Shown here in pieces: positions 8,311 to 17,413 of a stretch of DNA of 36,895 nucleotides. Each line of letters opens with the position of its first letter. The first letter of the stretch is position 1. The notes under the pieces were generated by a model that saw only the letters and a list, made by a program, of their open reading frames with translations, was not told the origin of the DNA and ran no database searches. The DNA is from an uncultured Lachnospiraceae bacterium (GTDB taxonomy: Bacteria > Bacillota > Clostridia > Lachnospirales > Lachnospiraceae), in contig CACZQS010000094.1 of the NCBI GenBank assembly GCA_902783325.1, positions 1 to 36,895 of the forward strand. Reading direction: 5' to 3'. The position numbers were made by a program, and so were the translations under genes.

Positions 8311-10443
8311 ATGGAGAAGCAGACAGAGCATACCGCCTGCAGCATACAGGAGATTTTCGGAGAGGATGTATTCGATGACAGGGCGATGCAGCGCCGTCTC
8401 CCCAAAGACGCCTACAGGGAACTGAAGAAATCCATCGAGGAGGGCGCGGAGCTGGCGCCTAAGACGGCGGAGATCGTGGCCCACGAGATGAAGGAGTGGG
8501 CGATGGAACGCGGTGCGACGCATTTTACGCACTGGTTCCAGCCTCTCACGGGTGTCACGGCGGAGAAGCACGACGCATTTCTTTCTGCGCCTCTTCCCGA
8601 CGGCAGCGTCCTCATGACCCTGTCGGGAAAAGAACTGATCAGAGGCGAACCGGATGCCTCGTCCTTTCCTTCCGGGGGCTTAAGGGCCACCTTTGAGGCC
8701 AGGGGATATACGATCTGGGACTGCACGTCTCCGGCATTTATCCGGCATGACGAGGGCGGCGCGACCCTTTGCATTCCTACTGCGTTCTGTTCCTATACCG
8801 GCGAGGCGCTTGACCAGAAGACCCCGCTCCTCAGATCCATGGAAGCGATTGACCGGGAAGCGGTGCGGCTCCTGCGTCTCTTCGGGAATACGGCTTCCCG
8901 CCATGTGGTGCCTTATGTGGGCGCGGAGCAGGAATACTTTATTATTGACAGGGAAAAATACCTGAAGCGCATGGACCTGGTATTCGCGGGCAGAACTCTG
9001 TTCGGCTCCGCCCCGCCGAAAGGACAGGAGCTGGACGATCATTACTTCGGAACGCTCCGTCCGCGGATTGCGTCTTATATGAAGGAAGTGAATGAGGAGC
9101 TGTGGAGGCTCGGGGTGCCCGTGAAGACACAGCACAACGAGGCCGCCCCGGCACAGCATGAGCTGGCCCCGATCTACGAGAAGGTCAATGTGGCAGTCGA
9201 TCACAACCAGATCATCATGCAGACGCTCAAACGCGTGGCTACCCGGCACGGCCTCAGATGTCTCCTCCACGAGAAGCCTTTTGACGGCGTCAACGGCTCG
9301 GGTAAGCACAACAACTGGTCGCTTATTACGGACGACGGGATCAATCTCCTTGATCCGGGTACGACGCCCCATGAGAATATCCAGTTCCTGCTGGTTCTGA
9401 CCTGTATTCTGAAAGCGGTGGATATCCACGCCGATCTGCTTCGGGAATCCGCGGCGGACGTCGGCAACGACCTGAGATTAGGAGGAAATGAAGCCCCGCC
9501 CGCCATCATATCCGTCTTTCTGGGCGAGCAGCTGGAGGATGTTCTCGAACAGCTGATTTCCACCGGCCGGGCGCTTAAGACCTCCGACGGCGGAAAGCTG
9601 CTGACCGGAGTCTCCACGCTTACGGACATCAGCAAGGACGGGACGGACAGGAACCGCACGTCGCCCTTTGCCTTTACGGGAAATAAATTCGAGTTCCGCA
9701 TGGTGGGTTCGAGGGATTCCATCGCGACCCCGAATGTCGTCCTCAACACGATTGTGGCAGAGGCGTTCCGCGAGGCTTCTGAGGAGCTGGAGGCGGCGGG
9801 AAGCGGGAACTTTGACGAGGCGGTTCATGATCTCATCAAGCGCTATGCGAAGGAGCATATCCGGATTGTATTCAACGGCAACGGGTATTCCGAGAGCTGG
9901 GTGACGGAGGCAAAGCGCCGCGGACTTCCCAATTATCCTTCGATGGTGGATGCCATCGAGACGCTGACCACCGACAAGGCCGTGAAGCTCTTTTCCGATG
10001 CCGGAGTCTTCTCGAAGAAGGAACTGATCAGCAGGATGGAGGTCAAATACGAGACCTACTCCAAGGACATGAATATCGAAGCCCGCACGATGCTGGAGCT
10101 GACGACCAAGCAATTCCTTCCGGCCATCATGCAGGGAATCCGGCGCATGGCGGATTCTGCAAATGCCGCAGAGGCGGCTGGCGCGGACGTATCGGTGCAG
10201 AAAGAGCTGCTCGCGCGGCTGACAGCGCTTATGAAGGAGGCATACGAGTCGAAGAACCGCCTGGAAGAGGTCACCTATTCCGCGGAGAAGCATCCTGCGG
10301 GGAGACAGCAGGCGATCATGTTCCGGGATCAGGTCGTTCCCGCGATGCAGGCCCTTCGCGCTCCGATTGATGCCGCCGAGATGATCGTGGATAAGGATCT
10401 GTGGCCCGTCCCGTCCTATGCGGACCTGATGTTCGAAGTGTAA
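8311..10443 (+). CDS. glnA: Glutamine synthetase type III
   Basis: 710 aa; GATHFTHWFQPLTG.TAEKHDAF, GEPDASSFPSGGLRATFEARGYT, HEKPFDGVNGSGKHNNWS, DRNRTSPFAFTGNKFEFR. Confidence 0.95.
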   Translation: MEKQTEHTACSIQEIFGEDVFDDRAMQRRLPKDAYRELKKSIEEGAELAPKTAEIVAHEMKEWAMERGATHFTHWFQPLTGVTAEKHDAFLSAPLPDGSVLMTLSGKELIRGEPDASSFPSGGLRATFEARGYTIWDCTSPAFIRHDEGGATLCIPTAFCSYTGEALDQKTPLLRSMEAIDREAVRLLRLFGNTASRHVVPYVGAEQEYFIIDREKYLKRMDLVFAGRTLFGSAPPKGQELDDHYFGTLRPRIASYMKEVNEELWRLGVPVKTQHNEAAPAQHELAPIYEKVNVAVDHNQIIMQTLKRVATRHGLRCLLHEKPFDGVNGSGKHNNWSLITDDGINLLDPGTTPHENIQFLLVLTCILKAVDIHADLLRESAADVGNDLRLGGNEAPPAIISVFLGEQLEDVLEQLISTGRALKTSDGGKLLTGVSTLTDISKDGTDRNRTSPFAFTGNKFEFRMVGSRDSIATPNVVLNTIVAEAFREASEELEAAGSGNFDEAVHDLIKRYAKEHIRIVFNGNGYSESWVTEAKRRGLPNYPSMVDAIETLTTDKAVKLFSDAGVFSKKELISRMEVKYETYSKDMNIEARTMLELTTKQFLPAIMQGIRRMADSANAAEAAGADVSVQKELLARLTALMKEAYESKNRLEEVTYSAEKHPAGRQQAIMFRDQVVPAMQALRAPIDAAEMIVDKDLWPVPSYADLMFEV

Positions 10444-10556
10444 ATTGACTGCAGGGGTTTTCTTTTTGGCTATATTGTAGTATGATATAGCCATATTTTA
10501 TGTATTTTTAACAAATATGTACTGGAAATCTTACCAAAGTGGTTGGAGGAAGCGCT

Positions 10557-11642
10557 ATGCTGTCTAATTTGGTATTGCAGGATACGATCAAGGGGATCAA
10601 GACGATCACGAAGTGCGACCTTACGGTGGTCGGTCTGGACGGGAAGGTGATTGCTTCCACGAGAGACGATGTGATTGTGAACAGGAGCGATGTGATCAGT
10701 TTTGCGGAATCGCAGGCGGATTCACAGGAGATCCGCGATATGCGGTTCTTTAAGGTATTTGACGACTATCAGCTCGAATACATCCTGGTGGCTTCCGGTC
10801 TCGGCGACACGGTCATGGTCGGGAAGATGGCCGCGTTCCAGATTCAGAATCTTCTTGTGGCCTACAAGGAGCATTTTGACAAGGACAATTTCATCAAGAA
10901 CCTGCTCCTTGACAACCTGCTTCTCGTCGATGTCTACAACCGGGCGAAGCGGCTTCATATCGAGACGGATACGCGCCGTGTCGTCTACATTCTGGAGTCC
11001 GAACAGAGCAAGGATTACAGCACGCTCGAGACGGTAAAGGGTCTGTTCAGCAAGTCCAAGAATGACTTTATTACCGCGGTTGACGAGAAGAGTATTATCA
11101 TTATCAAGGAACTGTCGGATGAGGACGGACCGGCCGAGATGAATGCCATCGCGGATTCCATCGTGCGCTCTTTGGAGCAGGGCGACAGGGGCGGCGTGCA
11201 CGTCGCATACGGCAATGCCGTCGATGAGATCAAGGAGGTGTCGCGCTCCTACAAGGAAGCGAGGATGGCTCTTGACGTGGGCAAGATCTTTTTCGAGGAT
11301 ATGGAGATCATTGCATTCAGCCAGCTCGGAATCGGAAGACTCATCTATCAGCTGCCGATTCCGCTCTGCAAGATGTTCATTAAGGAGATCTTTACGGATA
11401 AGTCTCCGGATGACTTCGATGAGGAGACACTTGCGACGATCAATAAATTCTTTGAGAATTCCCTGAATGTCTCCGAGACATCCAGACAGCTGTACATTCA
11501 CAGGAACACTCTGGTGTACCGTCTTGACAAGCTGCAGAAGAGCACGGGGCTTGACCTGAGGGTCTTTGATGATGCCATCACATTCAAGATTGCGCTCATG
11601 GTCGTCAAGTATATGAAATACATGGAGACTCTCGACTATTGA
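10557..11642 (+). CDS. CdaR/PucR family transcriptional regulator
   Basis: C-terminal HTH NSLNVSETSRQLYIHRNTLVYRLDKL; start moved to ATG 10557, which follows RBS GGAGGA. Confidence 0.9.
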   Translation: MLSNLVLQDTIKGIKTITKCDLTVVGLDGKVIASTRDDVIVNRSDVISFAESQADSQEIRDMRFFKVFDDYQLEYILVASGLGDTVMVGKMAAFQIQNLLVAYKEHFDKDNFIKNLLLDNLLLVDVYNRAKRLHIETDTRRVVYILESEQSKDYSTLETVKGLFSKSKNDFITAVDEKSIIIIKELSDEDGPAEMNAIADSIVRSLEQGDRGGVHVAYGNAVDEIKEVSRSYKEARMALDVGKIFFEDMEIIAFSQLGIGRLIYQLPIPLCKMFIKEIFTDKSPDDFDEETLATINKFFENSLNVSETSRQLYIHRNTLVYRLDKLQKSTGLDLRVFDDAITFKIALMVVKYMKYMETLDY

Positions 11643-11699
11643 GGATTCCTCTCAGGGAATTGCGATATACGTTTATGCAAGAGGTGTAAGAGTTCATTT

Positions 11700-12383
11700 A
11701 TGATAGATTTGGACCGCGTCAGCAAACAATATGAGCACGGGCAGAATGCGGTTGACGAGATATCGCTTCATGTTGACAAAGGCGAATTTGTATTTGTCGT
11801 CGGTGACAGCGGCTCCGGAAAGTCGACGATGATCCGGCTGCTTCTGAAGGAGATCGAGCCCACCGCCGGCATGATCACTGTGAACGGGCGGCTCCTGAAC
11901 ACGATGCGGCACCGCCAGGTTCCGAAATACAGGCGGAAAATCGGCATCGTCTTCCAGGACTTCCGTCTGCTCGAGGAAATGAATGTCTACGATAATGTTG
12001 CGTTTGCGATGCATGCCGTGGAAGCCCCCGGCCGCCTGATCAGGGAGCGCGTGCCTCAGGTGCTTCATGAAGTGGGATTAAGTGAAAAGTACCGCTCCCT
12101 CCCGAGGCAGCTGTCCGGGGGAGAGCAGCAGAGAGTGGCGATCGCCAGGGCGATCGTCAATAATCCGCAGATCCTTCTTGCGGATGAGCCGACCGGCAAC
12201 CTGGATCCCAGGAATGCCTATGAAATCATGAAGCTTATCGAAGAGATCAATCTGCGGGGAACGACGGTTCTGGTGGTGACGCATAATAAGGAGATCGTCA
12301 ACCAGTTCCAGAAGCGCGTGATCATGATGAGGAAAGGAGCGATTGCGCGCGACGTCGAGGAAGGTGGTTATATTGAAGCCTAG
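11700..12383 (+). CDS. ftsE: Cell division ABC ATPase FtsE
   Basis: 227 aa; Walker [47 protein letters not shown]; followed by an FtsX-like permease. Confidence 0.92.
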   Translation: MIDLDRVSKQYEHGQNAVDEISLHVDKGEFVFVVGDSGSGKSTMIRLLLKEIEPTAGMITVNGRLLNTMRHRQVPKYRRKIGIVFQDFRLLEEMNVYDNVAFAMHAVEAPGRLIRERVPQVLHEVGLSEKYRSLPRQLSGGEQQRVAIARAIVNNPQILLADEPTGNLDPRNAYEIMKLIEEINLRGTTVLVVTHNKEIVNQFQKRVIMMRKGAIARDVEEGGYIEA

Positions 12384-13281
12384 TTCGTTTCTTTATGCGG
12401 TCAGGCAGGGATTTAAGAATATAGGGCGGAACAAGATGTTCTCGATCGCGTCCGTCGCGACGATGACAGCCTGTATCTTTCTGTTCGGCGTCCTGTTTTC
12501 CGTAATCATGAATGTGGATTCCGTGCGCCGGGACATCGAGGAGAAGGTCGGCGTCACCGTCTTTTTCGTCGAGGGGACATCTGAAGAGCGGATTGCTGAG
12601 ATCGGTGAAGAGATCCGGAAGATCGATCACGTCACGGAGGTGACCTATACTTCGGCGGATGAAGCCTGGGAGAATTACAAGGCGGAGCATTTTGCTTCGA
12701 ATCCGTCACTGGCGGAGGGCTTTAAGGAGAATCCGCTGGCCAATTCTTCGAGCTACACGGTGCTGGTGGACAAAATCGAAAGACAGAAAGCGGTTGTCGA
12801 TGCGATCGGAAAGATCGACGGGGTGCGTCAGATCAATCAGAGCTCTGCGGCAGTGCAGAACCTGGCGGGCTTCAACCGGATCTTTACGGGGGTCTCCATC
12901 GCGATTATCGTGGTACTCCTCGTGGTTTCCGCGATCCTGATTGCAAATGCCGTCAGTATGGGCGTAGAGGCAAGAAGCAAGGAGATCAGTATTATGAAGC
13001 TGATCGGGGCGACCGATACGTTTGTCAGGGCTCCGTTTGTCGTGGAGGGACTGATTTTGGGCCTGATCGGCACGGTGCTTCCGCTCACCCTGCTGTATAT
13101 TGTTTACAACGGATTGATCCGGGGGCTTCTGCAGCGGCTCGGCTTCATGGGCCGGATCGGGGATGTCCTGACGGGCGCCGGGCATGTCTTTGCAGTGCTC
13201 GCGCCGATCGGATTGATACTCGGCCTTGGAATCGGGCTGATCGGGGCCCGCATCACATTGAAACGTCATCTGGACGTGTGA
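12373..13281 (+). CDS. ftsX: Cell division permease FtsX
   Basis: GFKNIGRNKMFSIASV, EISIMKLIGATDTFVRAPFVVEG, four TM segments; likely TTG start at 12373 overlapping the ftsE end. Confidence 0.9.
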   Translation: MKPSSFLYAVRQGFKNIGRNKMFSIASVATMTACIFLFGVLFSVIMNVDSVRRDIEEKVGVTVFFVEGTSEERIAEIGEEIRKIDHVTEVTYTSADEAWENYKAEHFASNPSLAEGFKENPLANSSSYTVLVDKIERQKAVVDAIGKIDGVRQINQSSAAVQNLAGFNRIFTGVSIAIIVVLLVVSAILIANAVSMGVEARSKEISIMKLIGATDTFVRAPFVVEGLILGLIGTVLPLTLLYIVYNGLIRGLLQRLGFMGRIGDVLTGAGHVFAVLAPIGLILGLGIGLIGARITLKRHLDV

Positions 13282-13329
13282 CAGAACGGGGGAAGCTATT
13301 AACCCTTAAGTACATTGCTATCGGAATAG

Positions 13330-13355
13330 AACGGGCAGCAGAGCTGCCCGTTTTT
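13330..13355 (+). terminator. Intrinsic terminator after ftsX
   Basis: AACGGGCAGC-aga-GCTGCCCGTT running into T5. Confidence 0.75.
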
Positions 13356-13399
13356 GCAAATGTGAAGAGCGGGAAGACCCGCAGACAGGAGTTTAAGAC

Positions 13400-15454
13400 A
13401 TGGATCATTTTGTGCTGCACTCTGAATACCAGCCGACAGGAGACCAGCCGCAGGCGATCGAGACTCTCGTACAGGGCTTCCGGGAAGGAAATCAGGCGGA
13501 GACACTTCTGGGAGTCACCGGATCCGGCAAGACCTTTACGATGGCCAATGTAATTCAACAGCTGAACAAGCCCACTCTCGTGATCGCGCACAATAAGACT
13601 CTGGCCGCGCAGCTGTATTCGGAATTTAAGGAATTCTTTCCGGAAAATGCGGTCGAGTATTTTGTTTCGTATTACGATTATTATCAGCCGGAAGCATACG
13701 TTCCGTCATCTGATACGTATATAGAAAAAGACTCTGCCATTAACGACGAGATCGATAAGCTTCGGTTGTCGGCATTGTCATCCTTAAGCGAACGCAGGGA
13801 TGTTGTGATAGTCGCATCTGTTTCGTGTATTTATGGTATTGGTGCCCCGGATGATTACATGAACATGATGACGAGCGTAAGACCGGGCATGGAGAAGGGA
13901 AGAGACACTCTGCTCCGGGAACTGATCGATATGCAGTATGAGAGGAATGAGATCGATTTCCACCGCGGATGCTTCCGTGTAAAGGGGGATACCGTCGAGA
14001 TTATCCCGGCCGACGTGAATGAGTACGCGGTCAGGATCGAATTCTTCGGAGATGAAATTGACCGTGTCTCAAAGGTGGACCTGCTCACGGGAGAGACTCT
14101 GGCGGAGATGACCTACGTTCCGATCTATCCGGCCTCCTTCTATGTCGTGCCCGAGGAACGGATGAACGCGGCCTGCGATGCGATCCTGGAAGAGATGGAA
14201 GAACGGGTGAGATTTTTCAAGTCGGAGGACAAGCTCCTCGAGGCCCAGAGGATAGAGGAGCGGACGAACTTTGACGTGGAGATGATGAAGGAGACAGGGA
14301 TCTGCTCCGGCATTGAGAACTATTCCCGTCACCTGACAGGAAGATCCGAGGGACAGCCTCCCTATACGCTGATCGATTATTTCAACGGGGAGTTCCTGAT
14401 TATCATCGATGAGTCTCATAAGACCCTGCCGCAGATCGGCGCGATGTACAACGGGGACAGAAGCAGGAAGAATACGCTTGTGGATTACGGGTTCCGTCTG
14501 CCCAGCGCCCTTGACAACCGCCCGCTCAACTTCGGCGAATTTGAAGAGAGAATTGACCAGATCCTGTTCGTCTCCGCGACGCCGGGCGAATATGAAGCAA
14601 AGCATGAGCTTCTGCGCGCGGAACAGGTCATCCGTCCCACGGGACTCCTGGATCCGGATGTATCCGTCCGTCCCTCCAGGGGACAGATCGATGATCTGGT
14701 CGCGGAAGTGGGAAAAGAGACGGCGAAGCACAATAAAGTCCTGATCACGACTTTGACCAAGCGCATGGCCGAGGATCTTACCGATTACATGAAGGATCTG
14801 GGGATACGCGTGCGCTATCTGCATTCGGATATCGATACCCTGGAAAGAACCCAGATCATCCGGGACATGAGACTGGATGTATTCGACGTTCTTGTCGGGA
14901 TCAATCTGCTTCGGGAGGGTCTTGATATTCCGGAGATCACTTTGGTTGCAATTCTTGACGCCGATAAGGAGGGCTTTCTCAGATCCGAGACCTCACTCAT
15001 CCAGACCATCGGGCGCGCCGCCAGAAATTCCGAGGGACGCGTAATCATGTATGCGGATGAGATGACGGATTCCATGAAACGCGCGATAGGCGAGACGAAG
15101 CGGCGGCGCTCCATCCAGACGGCGTACAACGAGGAGAACGGTATCACTCCGACGACGATCAGGAAGGCGGTGCGGGAACTGATCTCTACCGCCAAAGAGG
15201 TGGCCGAGACCACGAAGCGGCTGGGAAAAGATCCCGAGGACATGGACAGGGAAGAGCTTCAGGATCTGATTGCCAAAGTGGAGAAGCAGATGAGAGCAGC
15301 GGCTGCGGAGCTCAATTTCGAGATGGCCGCGGAGCTTCGCGACCAGATGAAGGAGCTGAAAATCCACCTCGAGGAAGCGAAGGACGCAGACCGCAGCCTG
15401 CTTAAGAAAAACAGGAAAGCAGGTTCACAGAACGTTCACGCTCAGCCTTTATAA
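13400..15454 (+). CDS. uvrB: Excinuclease ABC subunit B
   Basis: 684 aa; [56 protein letters not shown]-terminal UVR domain. Confidence 0.97.
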   Translation: MDHFVLHSEYQPTGDQPQAIETLVQGFREGNQAETLLGVTGSGKTFTMANVIQQLNKPTLVIAHNKTLAAQLYSEFKEFFPENAVEYFVSYYDYYQPEAYVPSSDTYIEKDSAINDEIDKLRLSALSSLSERRDVVIVASVSCIYGIGAPDDYMNMMTSVRPGMEKGRDTLLRELIDMQYERNEIDFHRGCFRVKGDTVEIIPADVNEYAVRIEFFGDEIDRVSKVDLLTGETLAEMTYVPIYPASFYVVPEERMNAACDAILEEMEERVRFFKSEDKLLEAQRIEERTNFDVEMMKETGICSGIENYSRHLTGRSEGQPPYTLIDYFNGEFLIIIDESHKTLPQIGAMYNGDRSRKNTLVDYGFRLPSALDNRPLNFGEFEERIDQILFVSATPGEYEAKHELLRAEQVIRPTGLLDPDVSVRPSRGQIDDLVAEVGKETAKHNKVLITTLTKRMAEDLTDYMKDLGIRVRYLHSDIDTLERTQIIRDMRLDVFDVLVGINLLREGLDIPEITLVAILDADKEGFLRSETSLIQTIGRAARNSEGRVIMYADEMTDSMKRAIGETKRRRSIQTAYNEENGITPTTIRKAVRELISTAKEVAETTKRLGKDPEDMDREELQDLIAKVEKQMRAAAAELNFEMAAELRDQMKELKIHLEEAKDADRSLLKKNRKAGSQNVHAQPL

Positions 15455-15455
15455 T
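15423..15455 (+). promoter_or_regulatory. Putative response-regulator-dependent promoter for the ZorAB-like pair
   Basis: GTTCACA-gaac-GTTCACG direct repeat (11-bp period, 15423-15440), 9 bp upstream of a perfect TATAAT (15450-15455); no canonical -35. Confidence 0.45.
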
Positions 15456-15580
15456 CCGTGGTAATACATATAACGATTCAGCCGGCTCATTCGCAGGTAT
15501 AGTATTACGACGGCATATAAGCATTTCCTGCGGGACGGGTTTTGGCATTTCATATGCACGAAAAGGGGGATAAGGAGACT

Positions 15581-17401
15581 ATGAAGGGGATCTTCCGGTC
15601 AAAATACACATTGATCGTTGTCTATGTGATCATGGCAGCCGTCTGTATCTATCTCAATCTGACGGCAGAGTCACTGGATCTGTCCAATGTGATCGTAAGT
15701 GTCGTGCTCTTTGTCGTGGTGCTGGGTCTTTTCGGCTATGCGTTCAGCCGTTTCTCGGTCGTCGACAAAATGATTGAAGAGCTGGATGAGGCGGCCGATA
15801 CAATCCGCGACGACTTCGGCTTGAAGAAGCAGTATCTCTGGAAGTATTACCGCACCAAGGACAATTTATTCACGGGCGATATCCTGAGAAGACGCTACGC
15901 GGAGTACCGGTCCGAGATCGACCGGCTGGAGATGCTGTCCGGAGATGTCTTCCGCTGTGATATCGAGGATTACATCAACCAGGAGCTGATTGATGACACC
16001 ATCAGCCGGAATGTCCTGAACCTGATGAGCGGGACCATGACCGGACTTGGTATTCTGGGAACCTTCATCGGCCTTACGATCGGGCTTCAGCAGTTCAATA
16101 CCGGCACCGCCGATGAGATCACCAGGAGCATCGCGCCTCTGATCCAGGGCATCAAGGTCGCATTCCATACCTCCATTTACGGCATGGTCTTTTCCCTGAT
16201 CTTCAGTTTTATATATAAGAATAAACTGGATCAGGCGACTGAAGCGATGGACCGCTTCCTTGATTCCTATGAGCATTATGTGATCCCGGACACCAAGAAC
16301 GAGAGCCAGAGACAGATGCTCATGTTCCAGAAGTCCCTGGCGGACGGAATGGAAGAGATCGGCAGCAACTTCTCCCAGGTCGTCGGCGACCGCGTGAATG
16401 AGATCATGACGCCGCAGATGGACCGCATGAACGACACGATCGAAAAGTTCGCCTATATCGCAAGCCGCACGCAGGTGGAAGGCATGAACGCGATCGTGGA
16501 CAAGTTCCTGAGCGAGATGGACCGTCAGCTGAACGGCGCATTTACGGATCTCGGGCGCTCCATGAAGGAGACCGTGGAGTGGGAAAAGCAGAACCGCAAT
16601 TATATGCGCGACGTCATGAGAGATATGGGGAACCTGAGCTCGGACCTCAAAGAGTCTACGGAGCTTGTTGAAAAAACGATGCAGAATATGGCTGAGTACG
16701 TGAACTGGATGAACCAGATCAACAACGGCCTTTCCGACACGCTGATCCAGATTCAGACCCAGCTTTCGAACATGAGCACACAGACCGACGAACAGCAGAG
16801 ATATATGAAGGAATTCGTCGAATACACGCGGCAGATCAGCGCCGCTTCCGAGACTTACAGCAGGGAGATGGCCGAGCAGCTCGCGTATCTGAAGCGCATG
16901 GACGGCCGGCTTCAGGAATCCGCGCGTCAGAACAGCGAACAGATTCTTGCGGCGGCTTCCGAGACCGGAAGGACTCTGACCGAACAGACGGCTGCCACGA
17001 ACGCTCTTCTGATCACACAGATGCAGCAGGCAACTGAGACGGTTTCGCGTTCCGCCCAGTCCCAGGCCAGCAGCCTGGCAAAGTCTGCCGGGAATATTAA
17101 CAGCTCACTCGATCAGTCGTCACAGGAGATCATGAAAGCGGCACAGCAGCTCCAGAACCAGACAGTGGATTCGCTGAACGCAACTCTGAAGGCGTATGAC
17201 AAGAGCCTGGTGCGCATCGTCGGACAGCTGAACGCGACGGCATCCAGGATTGAAAACAGCACGAACAAAGTACCGCAGGTTGTTTCGGACGCTTACAACG
17301 GAATGCAGAAATCCTTTGACATCATGGCCCGCGAGACGGCCGCCATGGTCCGTTCCATGGACCAGCTCAGAAGGGCGCTTAAATCCGACGCCGGCGTATA
17401 A
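15581..17401 (+). CDS. ZorA-like MotA/TolQ/ExbB-family membrane protein with a long helical cytoplasmic tail
   Basis: 606 aa from ATG 15581 (RBS AAGGAG). Two N-terminal hydrophobic segments, the channel helices TMTGLGILGTFIGLTIGL and GIKVAFHTSIYGMVFSLIF, then about 390 aa of amphipathic helical tail. Confidence 0.8.
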   Translation: MKGIFRSKYTLIVVYVIMAAVCIYLNLTAESLDLSNVIVSVVLFVVVLGLFGYAFSRFSVVDKMIEELDEAADTIRDDFGLKKQYLWKYYRTKDNLFTGDILRRRYAEYRSEIDRLEMLSGDVFRCDIEDYINQELIDDTISRNVLNLMSGTMTGLGILGTFIGLTIGLQQFNTGTADEITRSIAPLIQGIKVAFHTSIYGMVFSLIFSFIYKNKLDQATEAMDRFLDSYEHYVIPDTKNESQRQMLMFQKSLADGMEEIGSNFSQVVGDRVNEIMTPQMDRMNDTIEKFAYIASRTQVEGMNAIVDKFLSEMDRQLNGAFTDLGRSMKETVEWEKQNRNYMRDVMRDMGNLSSDLKESTELVEKTMQNMAEYVNWMNQINNGLSDTLIQIQTQLSNMSTQTDEQQRYMKEFVEYTRQISAASETYSREMAEQLAYLKRMDGRLQESARQNSEQILAAASETGRTLTEQTAATNALLITQMQQATETVSRSAQSQASSLAKSAGNINSSLDQSSQEIMKAAQQLQNQTVDSLNATLKAYDKSLVRIVGQLNATASRIENSTNKVPQVVSDAYNGMQKSFDIMARETAAMVRSMDQLRRALKSDAGV

Positions 17402-17413
17402 CGAGGTATTCGT

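Noticed and set aside
10467-10493. TGGCTATAT...ATATAGCCA inverted repeat between glnA and the CdaR/PucR gene
   Set aside because: The palindrome is real but AT-rich, and I cannot tell terminator from operator, so it was not called.
13282-13399. LexA (SOS) box upstream of uvrB
   Set aside because: No GAAC-N4-GTTC match was found; the GAAC occurrences lack the partner half-site.
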